Positions 30,877-40,593 of a stretch of 64,000 bases of DNA are shown here, piece after piece. The translations under genes and the position numbers were made by a program. This stretch comes from Candidatus Sulfomarinibacteraceae bacterium (GTDB taxonomy: Bacteria > Acidobacteriota > Thermoanaerobaculia > Thermoanaerobaculales > Sulfomarinibacteraceae), in NCBI GenBank assembly GCA_963796455.1, contig CAWCLO010000010.1, positions 608,001 through 672,000 of the forward strand. The letters run 5' to 3'. The notes under the pieces were generated by a model. The model was not told the DNA's origin, did no database searches, and saw only the letters and a list, made by a program, of their open reading frames with translations. Within the stretch, counting starts at the first letter, position 1. Each line of letters starts with the position of its first letter.

Positions 30877-32201
30877 AGCTGGACAGCCTGACACCCAAAG
30901 AGACCGTCGCCGAACTCGACCGGTTCATCATCGGACAAGATGCTGCCAAACGGGCGGTGGCGGTGGCGCTGCGCAACCGTTGGCGCCGGCAACAACTCGA
31001 GCCCGAACTGCGTGAAGAGGTGGCACCGAAGAACATCATCATGATCGGGCCTACCGGCGTCGGCAAAACGGAGATCGCCCGCCGCCTGGCCCGTCTCACC
31101 GGTTCGCCCTTTCTGAAGATCGAGGCTTCGAAGTTCACCGAGGTCGGCTATGTCGGTCGTGATGTGGAGTCGATGATTCGCGATCTGGTGGATGCCGCGA
31201 TCCAGTTGGTGCGCAACGAGAGGGTGGCCGAGGTCACGGTTCGGGCCGAGCGCGCGGCAGAGGACCGGCTTCTCGATCTTCTCATCATGAGCACGGCCTC
31301 ACCAACCGAGATCTCTCTCGAAGAACGGCGGCGGGGCCTCAAACGCCCCCTTCGAGAAGGGATGTTGGAGGAAAACGAGGTCGAGTTGGAGGTTGACGAG
31401 GGGAAGATGCCGACTGTGGAGATGTTCACCCCACAGGGCATGGAATCCATGGGCATCAACTTCAAGGATCTCTTTGGCGGGATGATGGGCAAGAAGGCGC
31501 GAAAGAAGATGACCATCACCGAGGCCCGCCGGGTGCTCATCGCCGAAGAGGAAGAAAAACTCATCGATCGTTCTCAGGTCGAGACGGAAGCCATCGCGCG
31601 GGTCGAAAATTCCGGAATTGTCTTCCTCGACGAGATCGACAAGATTTGTTCGCGAGACGACGCCGCGTCACACGGTCCCGATGTTTCTCGAGAAGGGGTG
31701 CAGCGCGATCTGCTGCCGATCGTCGAGGGCACCCATGTCAACACCCGATATGGAGTCGTCCAGACCGACCACATTCTGTTCATCGCGGCCGGAGCCTTCC
31801 ACGTTTCGCGGCCGGCCGATCTGATTCCCGAGATGCAGGGACGGTTTCCGATCCGGGTCGAGCTGCAATCTCTCGGAGCGGATGAGTTCGAGAGGATTCT
31901 GATCGAGCCCGAAAACTCCCTGATCCGCCAGTACACCGCATTGCTCGCGACGGAGAACCTCGAGTTGAGATTCTCCAAGGATGCGGTGAGGACCGTCGCG
32001 GAGATGGCTGCAGAGATCAACCAATCGGCGGAGAACATCGGTGCGCGGAGGCTGCACACGGTGTTGGAGCGGCTCCTGGAAGAACTCAGTTTTGATGCTC
32101 CAGAGCGCGCCGGAGAGATGGTCGAAGTGGGTGCGGAGATGGTTCGCGACCGCCTTGGAGATCTGATCACCGACGGCGACCTCGCCCGCTACATCCTGTA
32201 A
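30873..32201 (+). CDS. hslU: ATP-dependent protease ATPase HslU
   Basis: [39 protein letters not shown]. Confidence 0.97.
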   Translation: MKLDSLTPKETVAELDRFIIGQDAAKRAVAVALRNRWRRQQLEPELREEVAPKNIIMIGPTGVGKTEIARRLARLTGSPFLKIEASKFTEVGYVGRDVESMIRDLVDAAIQLVRNERVAEVTVRAERAAEDRLLDLLIMSTASPTEISLEERRRGLKRPLREGMLEENEVELEVDEGKMPTVEMFTPQGMESMGINFKDLFGGMMGKKARKKMTITEARRVLIAEEEEKLIDRSQVETEAIARVENSGIVFLDEIDKICSRDDAASHGPDVSREGVQRDLLPIVEGTHVNTRYGVVQTDHILFIAAGAFHVSRPADLIPEMQGRFPIRVELQSLGADEFERILIEPENSLIRQYTALLATENLELRFSKDAVRTVAEMAAEINQSAENIGARRLHTVLERLLEELSFDAPERAGEMVEVGAEMVRDRLGDLITDGDLARYIL

Positions 32202-32210
32202 GCTACCAAC

Positions 32211-33308
32211 GTGCCCGCGCCCGTGCCCGTTTCCGTGCCCGAAAAGTGGCGAGTCGGCCTCGTCATCGCGCTGCTGACGCTGAGCGCCTGCGGTCGCCAA
32301 GCGCCGCCACTGCCGCCCATCATCCGGGTCGCCGAGCGGACCTCCGATCTCTCCGCCTTTCAGAAGGGAGAGGAGGCGGTGTTGCGTTGGAGCTATCCGT
32401 CGATGACGACCGCGGGAGAGTCTTTGACGGAAATCGAGGCCATCGAGGTCTGGCGGGCAGCCCTTCCCCTCGCCCAGGAACCGCCGCCGCCGGTATCGGT
32501 TGAAGATCGGAGAATGCGGCGTCAGCTCCTCGAAGCGCAGGGTGAGGTGGTGGTGGTTCTGGTTCCCGATCAGTTGTCATCGGCGACCCGCGGACCGGAT
32601 CTCTATTTCAGAGACGACCTCCGCCTGTTCAAGGAATCCATCGGGGAAACGACCTCCGGGATGGTGCTCTGGTATGGCGTGCGCACTATTTGCTGCAGGG
32701 GCCGGGAGTCTGACCTCTCGAATGTGGTTCGTCTCGAACCGCAGGAACCGCCGCGTCCGCCGACGGATCTCCTGCTGACCGCCCTTTCGACGGGAATCGA
32801 AATCTCGTGGCATCAGGACGCGGGGTTGAAGACCCTGGTTGAGCGCTCTTCGGAGGGCGCCACGTGGTCGCTTGTCAGCGGCGAGGCGATGGAGGGGCTT
32901 GATTGGCGCGATACAACCGCGAGCCAGGGCCGGAGCTGGAGCTACCGGCTGCGCTCGGTTCGCGAGCTGCCGGGTGGCGGCAGGGTTGTGGGCCAGCCGT
33001 CGGAACCCTCCCGGGTCAGCCATCCCGACACCTACCCACCAAGGTCACCGGCCGAGATCGTATGTCTGCCGGAAGGCGCCACGGTTCGGGTTCGTTGGCG
33101 GGCTGCGCCGGGTTCGATCACCTATCGGGTCATCCGTCGCGGAGCTGATGACGTGGAGCTGCTGCTCTCAGACCAGGTTGAAGCCGTCGAATTCACCGAT
33201 CCCAGCCCGCCACTCGGGCCGATCACCTATCTGGTGGTGGCGGTCGACGACTCCGGTAATGCGAGTGGCTCGTCCAGTTGTTCGGTGGTGATGGGGGCGG
33301 TCCCGTGA
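32211..33308 (+). CDS. Lipoprotein with fibronectin type III-like domains
   Basis: Lipobox LSAC-G, PPLPP, FN3-like segments (YLVVAVDDSGNAS). Confidence 0.75.
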   Translation: MPAPVPVSVPEKWRVGLVIALLTLSACGRQAPPLPPIIRVAERTSDLSAFQKGEEAVLRWSYPSMTTAGESLTEIEAIEVWRAALPLAQEPPPPVSVEDRRMRRQLLEAQGEVVVVLVPDQLSSATRGPDLYFRDDLRLFKESIGETTSGMVLWYGVRTICCRGRESDLSNVVRLEPQEPPRPPTDLLLTALSTGIEISWHQDAGLKTLVERSSEGATWSLVSGEAMEGLDWRDTTASQGRSWSYRLRSVRELPGGGRVVGQPSEPSRVSHPDTYPPRSPAEIVCLPEGATVRVRWRAAPGSITYRVIRRGADDVELLLSDQVEAVEFTDPSPPLGPITYLVVAVDDSGNASGSSSCSVVMGAVP

Positions 33309-34117
33309 TGTCGGTTCTCTACAAGGTCGAGGGCGCGGGCAATGATTTTCTGCTCGGCATCGGCGACTGGTCGGATCGCCTGGCGGAAGAACCCGATCTG
33401 GTGCGGAGGCTGTGTCACCGCCGACTGGGGATCGGCGCCGACGGTGTGGTCGCGCTCGAACCGGAAGGGCGAGAGTCGGTGCGAATCGTCTATCGCAACG
33501 CGGACGGCGGAGTCGGTGCTTTTTGCGCGAACGCAACTCGATGCGCGGCAAGGGTCGCTGTCGAGATACTCGGTGGCGCGTCCCGTTTGACGGTTGTGAC
33601 CGGGTGGGCGGAAATTGCGGCTGAAGTCAACGGGTCCGAGGTCGCTCTCGAGCTGCCGGAGCCCGGTTCCCTCCCCATCCAGCCGGCCATCGCACCCGTC
33701 CCCGGCATCGGATCACCCAGCCTTTTGCGGCTTGGGGTGCCCCACCTCGTTGCCCCGGTGACCGGGCTCGATGATCTCGATATTCGAACGATCGGGCCGC
33801 ACTGGCGGTTTCATGAATCGCTGGGTCCCGATGGCGCCAACGTCAATTTCTATGAAGCCGAGGACGATGGTGCGATCGCTCTTCGCACCTGGGAGCGCGG
33901 TGTCGAGAACGAAACCTTGAGTTGTGGCTCGGGGATGGTCTCCGTTGCGTTGATCGTGATGGCCGAGCAGGGTCTCGACGAGTTGGTCCTCAAACCGGCT
34001 TCGGGTGATCGCCTGCGGGTGGATGCTCTCGGGGACCCGCCGAATTGTCGGACCCGGCTCACCGGGCCGACGAGGATTGTCGCGAAGGTCGATCCGGTGG
34101 CGGACCTGTTCGGATAA
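33308..34117 (+). CDS. dapF: Diaminopimelate epimerase
   Basis: KVEGAGNDF, GIGADG, NADG..FCANATRC, RTWERGVENETLSCGSG. Confidence 0.94.
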   Translation: MSVLYKVEGAGNDFLLGIGDWSDRLAEEPDLVRRLCHRRLGIGADGVVALEPEGRESVRIVYRNADGGVGAFCANATRCAARVAVEILGGASRLTVVTGWAEIAAEVNGSEVALELPEPGSLPIQPAIAPVPGIGSPSLLRLGVPHLVAPVTGLDDLDIRTIGPHWRFHESLGPDGANVNFYEAEDDGAIALRTWERGVENETLSCGSGMVSVALIVMAEQGLDELVLKPASGDRLRVDALGDPPNCRTRLTGPTRIVAKVDPVADLFG

Positions 34118-34977
34118 AGATCACTGCTGTCCAAAACAGAACGTCACCTGAAACTTCCCACCTGACAACAAGTGTTTTACGGGTTGGTTTTTGGCATATC
34201 CGGTTCGCGGTTGCCCCGTGTCCGCGTCCGTGTCCGTGCCCGAATTGCAGCGGCAGCGACAGTGTCCAGGGTGCAGGGACAGCGACAGGAGGCAGCGTCA
34301 GCGGCAGGGATCAGCGAACAGGGAGCAGCGACAGGGAACAGCGGTCAGGAGTCCAGTCGGCGAAATGGCCACCTCCGGGTCGTTCAAAAGAAGGGGTAGC
34401 CGGTGGGCGGCCGATGTCAAGGACAGGCCGGGTGCAGGGCATCCTTGACATCGGCCGCCACACCGGCTTGCGGGTAAGGGCATGAACGACCCGGAGGTGA
34501 CCATGTCCAACACCGCCACGAACACCAACCTCGTTGCCCACTCGAAAGCCCTCGAAGCAGCAGGAATCGCGATCAAACTCGTGATGAGAGTTCCAGCTCC
34601 GCTGAAGTCGATAGCCGATCAGGTGATCCGGTCGGCAAGTTCGGTCCCTGCGAAGCTGGCAGAAGGGCACGGCCGAGTTGGTAGAGACCGGTCGAATCAC
34701 TGGAGAATCGCCTACGCCTCGGCGAAAGAGGTCGACAGCCACTTGCAGCTCCTCGCCCACGCCGGGGCGATCAGCCCGAACGGAGCCAGTGAAGCGATGA
34801 ACGCCTTCGATCAGGTCCGTGCCATGACATGGCGGCTGTTGAATCCGAAAATTTGAGCGCTGTTACCCGTCGCTGCTGTTGAGAGCTGATCGCTGACCCT
34901 GACAATCGTTCGCTGACGCTGTCCGCCGTTCCCCGGCCCCGGTCGCTGTCAGAGACTCTGTCTTGGACAAGAGTGGA
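34118..34977 (+). mobile_element. Four-helix-bundle cassette bounded by nested inverted repeats (putative mobile or intervening element, no transposase)
   Basis: Imperfect terminal IRs 34128-34140/34957-34969; CAG-rich and CTG-rich arms; inner hairpins; homologous deleted copy at 13478-13918. Confidence 0.65.
34503..34856 (+). CDS. Four-helix bundle protein (23S rRNA IVP-like family)
   Basis: 117 aa; GGAGG RBS; DQVIRSASSVPAKLAEG..RIAYASAKEVDSHL resembles the family motif QxxRxxxSxxxNIAEG..A.GS..E. Confidence 0.85.
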   Translation: MSNTATNTNLVAHSKALEAAGIAIKLVMRVPAPLKSIADQVIRSASSVPAKLAEGHGRVGRDRSNHWRIAYASAKEVDSHLQLLAHAGAISPNGASEAMNAFDQVRAMTWRLLNPKI

Positions 34978-35055
34978 TAAAGAAACAGAGTGAAAAGTTC
35001 AGGGTTCAGACAGGAATTGAGGCTCTACCCTAGAGCCTGAGTCCTCCACCGGCGA

Positions 35056-35562
35056 CTACGCCAGGAGTCGCCATCCAATGGCCAGGACCGCAGCGGCGAA
35101 GTAACCGGCGGCGAGGTCGTCGGCGACGATCCCGATGCCGCCGGGAAACTTCTCGAAGAGCCGGATCGGCCAGGGTTTGACCACATCGAAGAAGCGGAAA
35201 AGAAAAAACCCGGCGGTGGCAAAAACCGCCAGTTCGAGGTGGGTTGTCAGCGCGACAAAGGGCAGGGCCACCAGATAGGTCAACCACTGGCCCGCGGCTT
35301 CGTCGACAACGATCGGCCGCGGATCCTCGACCCCACGGCGCTGGGCCTCGATTTCCGCCGCCCATGTGCCGACGGCAGCGGTCAAAAAAAGCCCGATCGC
35401 TGTGATCACGATCCTGATCGAGGTGAGGGGCAGCGCCGCGCAGATCGCCCACCACAAAAGGGCCGGAGGCAGCGAGCCGACGGTTGTTCCGGGGGCCGGC
35501 AGCCGGTCTCCGAGACCGGCGAATGTCGCGATGGCGTGTGCGAGCTTCGAGTTGTTGGTCAT
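35056..35562 (-). CDS. pgpA: Phosphatidylglycerophosphatase A
   Basis: APGTTVGS, DPRPIVVDE, FRFFDVVKPWPI, GIVADDLAAG. Confidence 0.93.
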   Translation of the reverse strand: MTNNSKLAHAIATFAGLGDRLPAPGTTVGSLPPALLWWAICAALPLTSIRIVITAIGLFLTAAVGTWAAEIEAQRRGVEDPRPIVVDEAAGQWLTYLVALPFVALTTHLELAVFATAGFFLFRFFDVVKPWPIRLFEKFPGGIGIVADDLAAGYFAAAVLAIGWRLLA

Positions 35563-36971
35563 GATTCGCCTCCGGTCAGGAGTTCGAGGAGTTTCTTGTG
35601 GAATTCTCCAAAATTGCCCGACGAGCAGCCTATCACCACATCGTTGGCCTCGAGCAATGGGTACAGAATATCTGCGGCAGCGTCGTCGGCGCCGGGCGCC
35701 AGGCACTGGACGCCTGCCGCGGCCAGGGACGTGACGATCTCCTTTCGATCGAGCGCCTCGCCCTCACCGAGCCGGGCCTGGTGGAAGGCCGGTGCGATCA
35801 GAGCCACATCGGCGTGCGAAAGGACTTCGGTATAGCTTGTTTGAGAGGATTTTCGGGCTGCGGTCAGCGAGCGCGGCTCGAAGGCGATGATCAAGCGCCG
35901 GTCGGGCCATCGTTGCCGCGCGGCATCGATCGTCACCATCAGGGCGGTCGGGTGGTGAGCAAAATCATCGACCACGATCACCCCGGCCCCTTCGCCGACA
36001 ACCTCCATGCGTCGTGCGACTCCCGGAAAGAGCCGCATGGCGGCAGCCGCGTCCACCGGGTTGACCCCCGACAGGATGGCTGCGGTGATGGCCATCGCGG
36101 CGTTTTGCAGATTGTGGAGCCCGGGCAACTCGAGTTCGAGTTCGAGTGTCTGATTACGCCACTGGAGCTCCGCGATGCTCTTGTCCGTCAGGCCCTGCCA
36201 CGATCGCAGGTGAAGATCACAGTCTCCAGTCGGGCCGACCATGATCACCGGAGCCATGGCGTCCCGGCTGGCGGCGACGGCACCTTCACTCCACGCGTTG
36301 ACCACGACAGCGCCGACCCCCGGAACCAGCGAGGCGCCGGCACGAAAGGCGGTCAGCACGGCGTCGAGGTTGGGGTAGAGATCGGCGTGGTCGAATTCCA
36401 CCGGTCCGATGAGAAAGAGGTGCGGGCGATAGTGGAGAAATTTGGCGCCCCGATCGAAGAAGGCGGAGTTGTACTCGTCTCCTTCGATCACCAGATGTGG
36501 GCCGCGGCCGAGGCGAAAGCCCCGCGGATTCCAGCGCGGCAAACCACCGACAAGATAGCTGGGGTCGGCGCCGGTGTGTTCGAGAATCCAAGCCAGCATC
36601 GCCGAGGTCGTGGTCTTGCCATGGGTACCGGCGACCACCAGGCCGTCGCGACCGTGTGCCAGGACATAGTGCGCCACGGCTTCGGCCTGTGAGAGATGGG
36701 GCATGCCCCGGGAGATCACCGCCTCGACCTCGGGATTTGACCGCGGGACGGCGTTGCCGATGATGACCCGGTCGATCTCCGCCGGCATCCGGGCTGGGTC
36801 GAAACCGAGACGGACCTGGATGCCGGCTTCTTGCAAAATAGTGCTCATCGGCGGGTAGAGATGAGCGTCAACCCCCTCGACCCGGTGGCCCATTTCGGAC
36901 AGGAGGCCGGCGAGAGGGGCCATTGCGGTGCCGCCGATAGGAAGAAAATAAAGGGACTCTTTTCTCGTCAT
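35559..36971 (-). CDS. mpl: Murein peptide ligase Mpl (MurC-like Mur ligase)
   Basis: IGGTAMAPLA, YPPMS, AGTHGKTTTS, EGDEY, DDFAHHPTA, FEPRS. Confidence 0.88.
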   Translation of the reverse strand: MTRKESLYFLPIGGTAMAPLAGLLSEMGHRVEGVDAHLYPPMSTILQEAGIQVRLGFDPARMPAEIDRVIIGNAVPRSNPEVEAVISRGMPHLSQAEAVAHYVLAHGRDGLVVAGTHGKTTTSAMLAWILEHTGADPSYLVGGLPRWNPRGFRLGRGPHLVIEGDEYNSAFFDRGAKFLHYRPHLFLIGPVEFDHADLYPNLDAVLTAFRAGASLVPGVGAVVVNAWSEGAVAASRDAMAPVIMVGPTGDCDLHLRSWQGLTDKSIAELQWRNQTLELELELPGLHNLQNAAMAITAAILSGVNPVDAAAAMRLFPGVARRMEVVGEGAGVIVVDDFAHHPTALMVTIDAARQRWPDRRLIIAFEPRSLTAARKSSQTSYTEVLSHADVALIAPAFHQARLGEGEALDRKEIVTSLAAAGVQCLAPGADDAAADILYPLLEANDVVIGCSSGNFGEFHKKLLELLTGGES

Positions 36972-37105
36972 GGCTGATCGAAACCGCACTCAGGGTGTCC
37001 TGGTTGGTATAAGTCCTGCAAAAATGCGCCCCCTGTTGTTGCGGGTCGTGCAACCCGCTCTTAAGATTGTCCCTGTTTGCTAGGAAGATGACAAGGAGGC
37101 TCTCA

Positions 37106-38134
37106 ATGAAGAAAACGCGATCCCTTTTTCTGATTGCCACGGCGATCGTGCTGGTGATTGGATTCAGCGCCGCCGTATCTGAAGCGGCTGATGGACCTAA
37201 ACTGACCGTTCCCGAGTTGCTCAAGGACATGGGTAAGGTGCCCCAGGGAGAGACCCTGGACGTCAATTTCGAAATGGTCAATGAGGGCGACGAGACCCTC
37301 GAAGTCAAGGCCGTTCGCCCGACCTGCGGGTGTACCGTTGCCGACTTCGATCGCGAGATCGCACCCGGCAAGACCGGTTTGATCAAGGCCAAGCTGGACA
37401 CCCGCGATTTCTCCGGGCCGATTTCCAAATCAATTCTGGTGATGACCAACGATCCGGTGAATCCGACCGTGACATTGGTGATCAAGACCGTCGTCCATCC
37501 CTATGTCGAGGTGCTGCCGAGAGCGATGGTCCGTTTCAATGCCGTGCAGCACGAGCCGATGGAGCAGAAACTGACGGTGGTCCCCGGCGATGACGTCGAG
37601 GATTTCAAGGTCACCGATGTCACGAGTAGCGTGCCCTTCCTGGTCGCGAGTATTCGGCCCCTGCCCAAGGACGAATTGCTCGCTGGCAAGCCATCGCCAC
37701 AGTATGAGATTTCACTTTCGATGACGGATGATGCACCGGTGGGCCCGGTCAACGCCGTTCTCGAAGTCCAGAGCAATCACCCCAAAGCGAAGAGGGTTCC
37801 GGTCAAGGTCTTTGGTGTTGTGCGTTCGCTGCTGCACGTCACGCCCTCGCAGGTTCAGTTTGGTTCGGTGGCGGCGAAGAAGCAGCCGGGCCGCAACCTG
37901 ATTCTCGTGAACAACCGCACCGGCGGGGTACCGATCAAGCTCACCGGAGCAAGCGTCAACGACCCGGCATTTCAAGCCGAGATCGTGACGATCGAAGACG
38001 GACGGCGTTATCAGATCACCGTGACCATCAATGCAGATGCCAATCCGGGACCGCGAGACGCTGTTTTGACGCTGAAGACGAGCGATTCCGAGTACCCGCA
38101 GCTCGAGGTGCCGGTGCGGGCGAATATCAGCTGA
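37106..38134 (+). CDS. Secreted DUF1573-like Ig-domain protein
   Basis: Signal peptide; VRPTCGCT..IAPGKTG motif. Confidence 0.8.
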   Translation: MKKTRSLFLIATAIVLVIGFSAAVSEAADGPKLTVPELLKDMGKVPQGETLDVNFEMVNEGDETLEVKAVRPTCGCTVADFDREIAPGKTGLIKAKLDTRDFSGPISKSILVMTNDPVNPTVTLVIKTVVHPYVEVLPRAMVRFNAVQHEPMEQKLTVVPGDDVEDFKVTDVTSSVPFLVASIRPLPKDELLAGKPSPQYEISLSMTDDAPVGPVNAVLEVQSNHPKAKRVPVKVFGVVRSLLHVTPSQVQFGSVAAKKQPGRNLILVNNRTGGVPIKLTGASVNDPAFQAEIVTIEDGRRYQITVTINADANPGPRDAVLTLKTSDSEYPQLEVPVRANIS

Positions 38135-38323
38135 AAGTTCTGAATCGAGGACACGAGACCCGGGGGGCGTTGCATTCGGCAGCGCCCTCCGTTTACTGGT
38201 TGAGAGTCCAGGGTCAATCGACAAGCCGCCACCCGGTCTCAACCCTGACTCTTGAACCCTGACCAGAAAGTGCTGACTCGAAGGTCTGATGTTCGGGCCC
38301 GAGAGAACGATAGGAAATACCCC

Positions 38324-39385
38324 GTGCTGCGAACCCTCGGCATCGAAACATCGTGTGATGAATCCGCCGTTGCCGTCCTCGACGGCGATGGCCGGGTCCT
38401 GGTGCACCTTCTTTCGAGCCAGATCGAGGCCCATGCGCCTTTCGGTGGCGTGGTGCCGGAGTTGGCCTCCCGAGAGCATCTCAAGGCCCTCCCCCTACTG
38501 GTGGAAGAGGCCCTCGATGCAGCGGGAGCCTCACCCGAAATGGTGGCCGTGACCGCTGGGCCGGGTTTGATCGGAGCCTTGTTGGTCGGTGTTCGGTTTG
38601 CCGCAGCATTCGCTTGGGGTCGCGGTCTCCCTCTGGTGGCTGTCGATCACCTCGACGGTCACCTGGTGTCGCCGCTTTTGAGTCTGGATGGTGAGCCGGC
38701 GCGAACCGAGCCGAAACGAATGCTTGCTCTGGTCGCCTCCGGCGGCCATTCGAGCTGGTATCTCATCAACGACGGCGAGCGCCGGCTTCTCGGCCGCACC
38801 CGCGATGACGCTGCGGGTGAGAGTTTCGACAAGGTGGCGCAGGTGCTCGGGCTCGGCTATCCGGGCGGCCCGATCATGGACCGGCTGGCGCGATCCGGGG
38901 ATCCGGCTGCGGTGGCTCTGCCGAGCCCGAGCATCAAGGATGCTCCCTATGATTTTTCCTTCTCCGGGCTCAAATCAGCAGCGATCCGTTGGATACGCAG
39001 CAATGATCTCCCGGGAGCCGGAGAAACGTGTCCGGAGGTCATCGATCTGGCGGCATCCTTTGAGACTGCCGTGGTCGATCAGCTGTTGCGCCCCCTGCCC
39101 GAGTTGGCCGAACAACACCGGCCACTGGCGGTGGCGGCATCCGGTGGGGTTGCCGCCAACAGCCTGCTGAGGCGACGCCTGGTCGCGTGGGGTGAGGCAA
39201 ATGGGGTCGAGGTCATGCTCCCGGCACGGCCGTTGACCACCGACAATGGTGTCATGATCGCCCATGCCGGACAGCTGGCACGGCGACGGGGTCGTGAAGA
39301 CGATCCGCGACGATTGGATGCACGAGCTCGAGAGGTCTGGCAACCACCGGGAATGCGAAAAAAGATGTTGCCGATCGATGCTTGA
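38324..39385 (+). CDS. tsaD: tRNA threonylcarbamoyltransferase TsaD
   Basis: LGIETSCDE, GGVVPELASREH, HLDGH, DDAAGESFDK, FSFSGLKS, TDNG. Confidence 0.95.
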   Translation: MLRTLGIETSCDESAVAVLDGDGRVLVHLLSSQIEAHAPFGGVVPELASREHLKALPLLVEEALDAAGASPEMVAVTAGPGLIGALLVGVRFAAAFAWGRGLPLVAVDHLDGHLVSPLLSLDGEPARTEPKRMLALVASGGHSSWYLINDGERRLLGRTRDDAAGESFDKVAQVLGLGYPGGPIMDRLARSGDPAAVALPSPSIKDAPYDFSFSGLKSAAIRWIRSNDLPGAGETCPEVIDLAASFETAVVDQLLRPLPELAEQHRPLAVAASGGVAANSLLRRRLVAWGEANGVEVMLPARPLTTDNGVMIAHAGQLARRRGREDDPRRLDARAREVWQPPGMRKKMLPIDA

Positions 39386-39440
39386 TGAACGGACCGGGTA
39401 GAATTCGCAGGGCCCGGTTTTTGAAAACGGAGGATGTTGA

Positions 39441-40133
39441 ATGAAGAAATCCGTAGCGCGTGAATATTACGAGGCCATTCTGGTGGCCTTTATCCTCGCG
39501 CTCTTCGTGCGGACCTTTGTGTTCGAGAATTTCAAGATCCCATCGGGTTCGATGGAGGACAATCTGCTGATCGGCGATCACCTGGTTGTCAACAAGTATG
39601 TTTTTGCCGACAATGCGGACTCGCTGTTGCACCGACTCTTTCCCTATCGCAGCCCGGAACGCGGAGATGTGGTGGTCTTCAAGTATCCCGAAGACACCCG
39701 GAGGGATTTCATCAAGCGTTGCGTGGCGGTGGCCGGCGACACGGTCGAAATCAAACGCAAACAACTTTTTATCAACGGCGAACCTCAGACCGAACCGCTG
39801 GTGGTTCACAAGGACCCACGAATCTTCGATGACAATCCCTCTGCGGGCGTTTCGTCAAGAGTGCGCGACAATTTCGGGCCGTTTACCGTCCCGGATCAAA
39901 CGATATTCTGTATGGGCGACAATCGGGACAATTCACTTGATTCCCGTTTCTGGGGGCCGGTGCCGCTGAACTATGTCAAAGGCCGGGCGGTTTTGATCTA
40001 CTGGTCCTATGAGGCCGGCCGCAACGACTGGCAATGGCGTGGCTTCGGTCATCGACTCAAGCAATTGGCCGGTGTTTTCTTCAATTTCTTCACCAAGACC
40101 CGCTGGGAGCGTGGCCTTCGGTTGATTCATTGA
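39441..40133 (+). CDS. lepB: Signal peptidase I
   Basis: IPSGSM, FIKR, MGDNRDNSLDSRFWG. Confidence 0.96.
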   Translation: MKKSVAREYYEAILVAFILALFVRTFVFENFKIPSGSMEDNLLIGDHLVVNKYVFADNADSLLHRLFPYRSPERGDVVVFKYPEDTRRDFIKRCVAVAGDTVEIKRKQLFINGEPQTEPLVVHKDPRIFDDNPSAGVSSRVRDNFGPFTVPDQTIFCMGDNRDNSLDSRFWGPVPLNYVKGRAVLIYWSYEAGRNDWQWRGFGHRLKQLAGVFFNFFTKTRWERGLRLIH

Positions 40134-40199
40134 GCCGCTGAGTCTGAGTGGGATTCTGATACGATCGCAGTACAGGTCGGAGATCATGGAGGTTGCTGC

Positions 40200-40574
40200 A
40201 TGAAATCGTGGCGATATCAGCGCGGTGATGTTCCCGTCGGTTGTTTGGTCGGCGGAATTGTTGGGTTGATCGTGGTGATGATCGCGATCAAGGCGGCACC
40301 GGTGATGCTCAATGTCGGAGAGCTCGACAAAGAAATTTCGAACCTTGCGGATCGAGCCAATCGACGCGAGTATAACGACAAGCGGATAACCAACGACATC
40401 ATCAAAAAGGCCGAAGCGCTCGATCTTCCGGTGACCAAAAATGACATCAAGATCAAACGAACGTCGAATCGAATCAAGATCACCGTGACCTATACGAAAC
40501 CGATCAAATTTCCCGGCCACACCTATATGTGGAACAAGGTCCACGAAAAAGAGCGACCATTGTTTGACGCCTGA
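40200..40574 (+). CDS. Small single-TM protein (DUF4845-like), downstream of lepB
   Basis: GGAGG RBS; QRG followed by a hydrophobic helix; position after lepB. Confidence 0.6.
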   Translation: MKSWRYQRGDVPVGCLVGGIVGLIVVMIAIKAAPVMLNVGELDKEISNLADRANRREYNDKRITNDIIKKAEALDLPVTKNDIKIKRTSNRIKITVTYTKPIKFPGHTYMWNKVHEKERPLFDA

Positions 40575-40593
40575 TCGGGGCGCCGGCCGTCGA

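Noticed and set aside
34190..34208. Canonical sigma54 promoter in the cassette
   Set aside because: GG-N10 is followed by TC, not GC; kept only as part of the conserved block.
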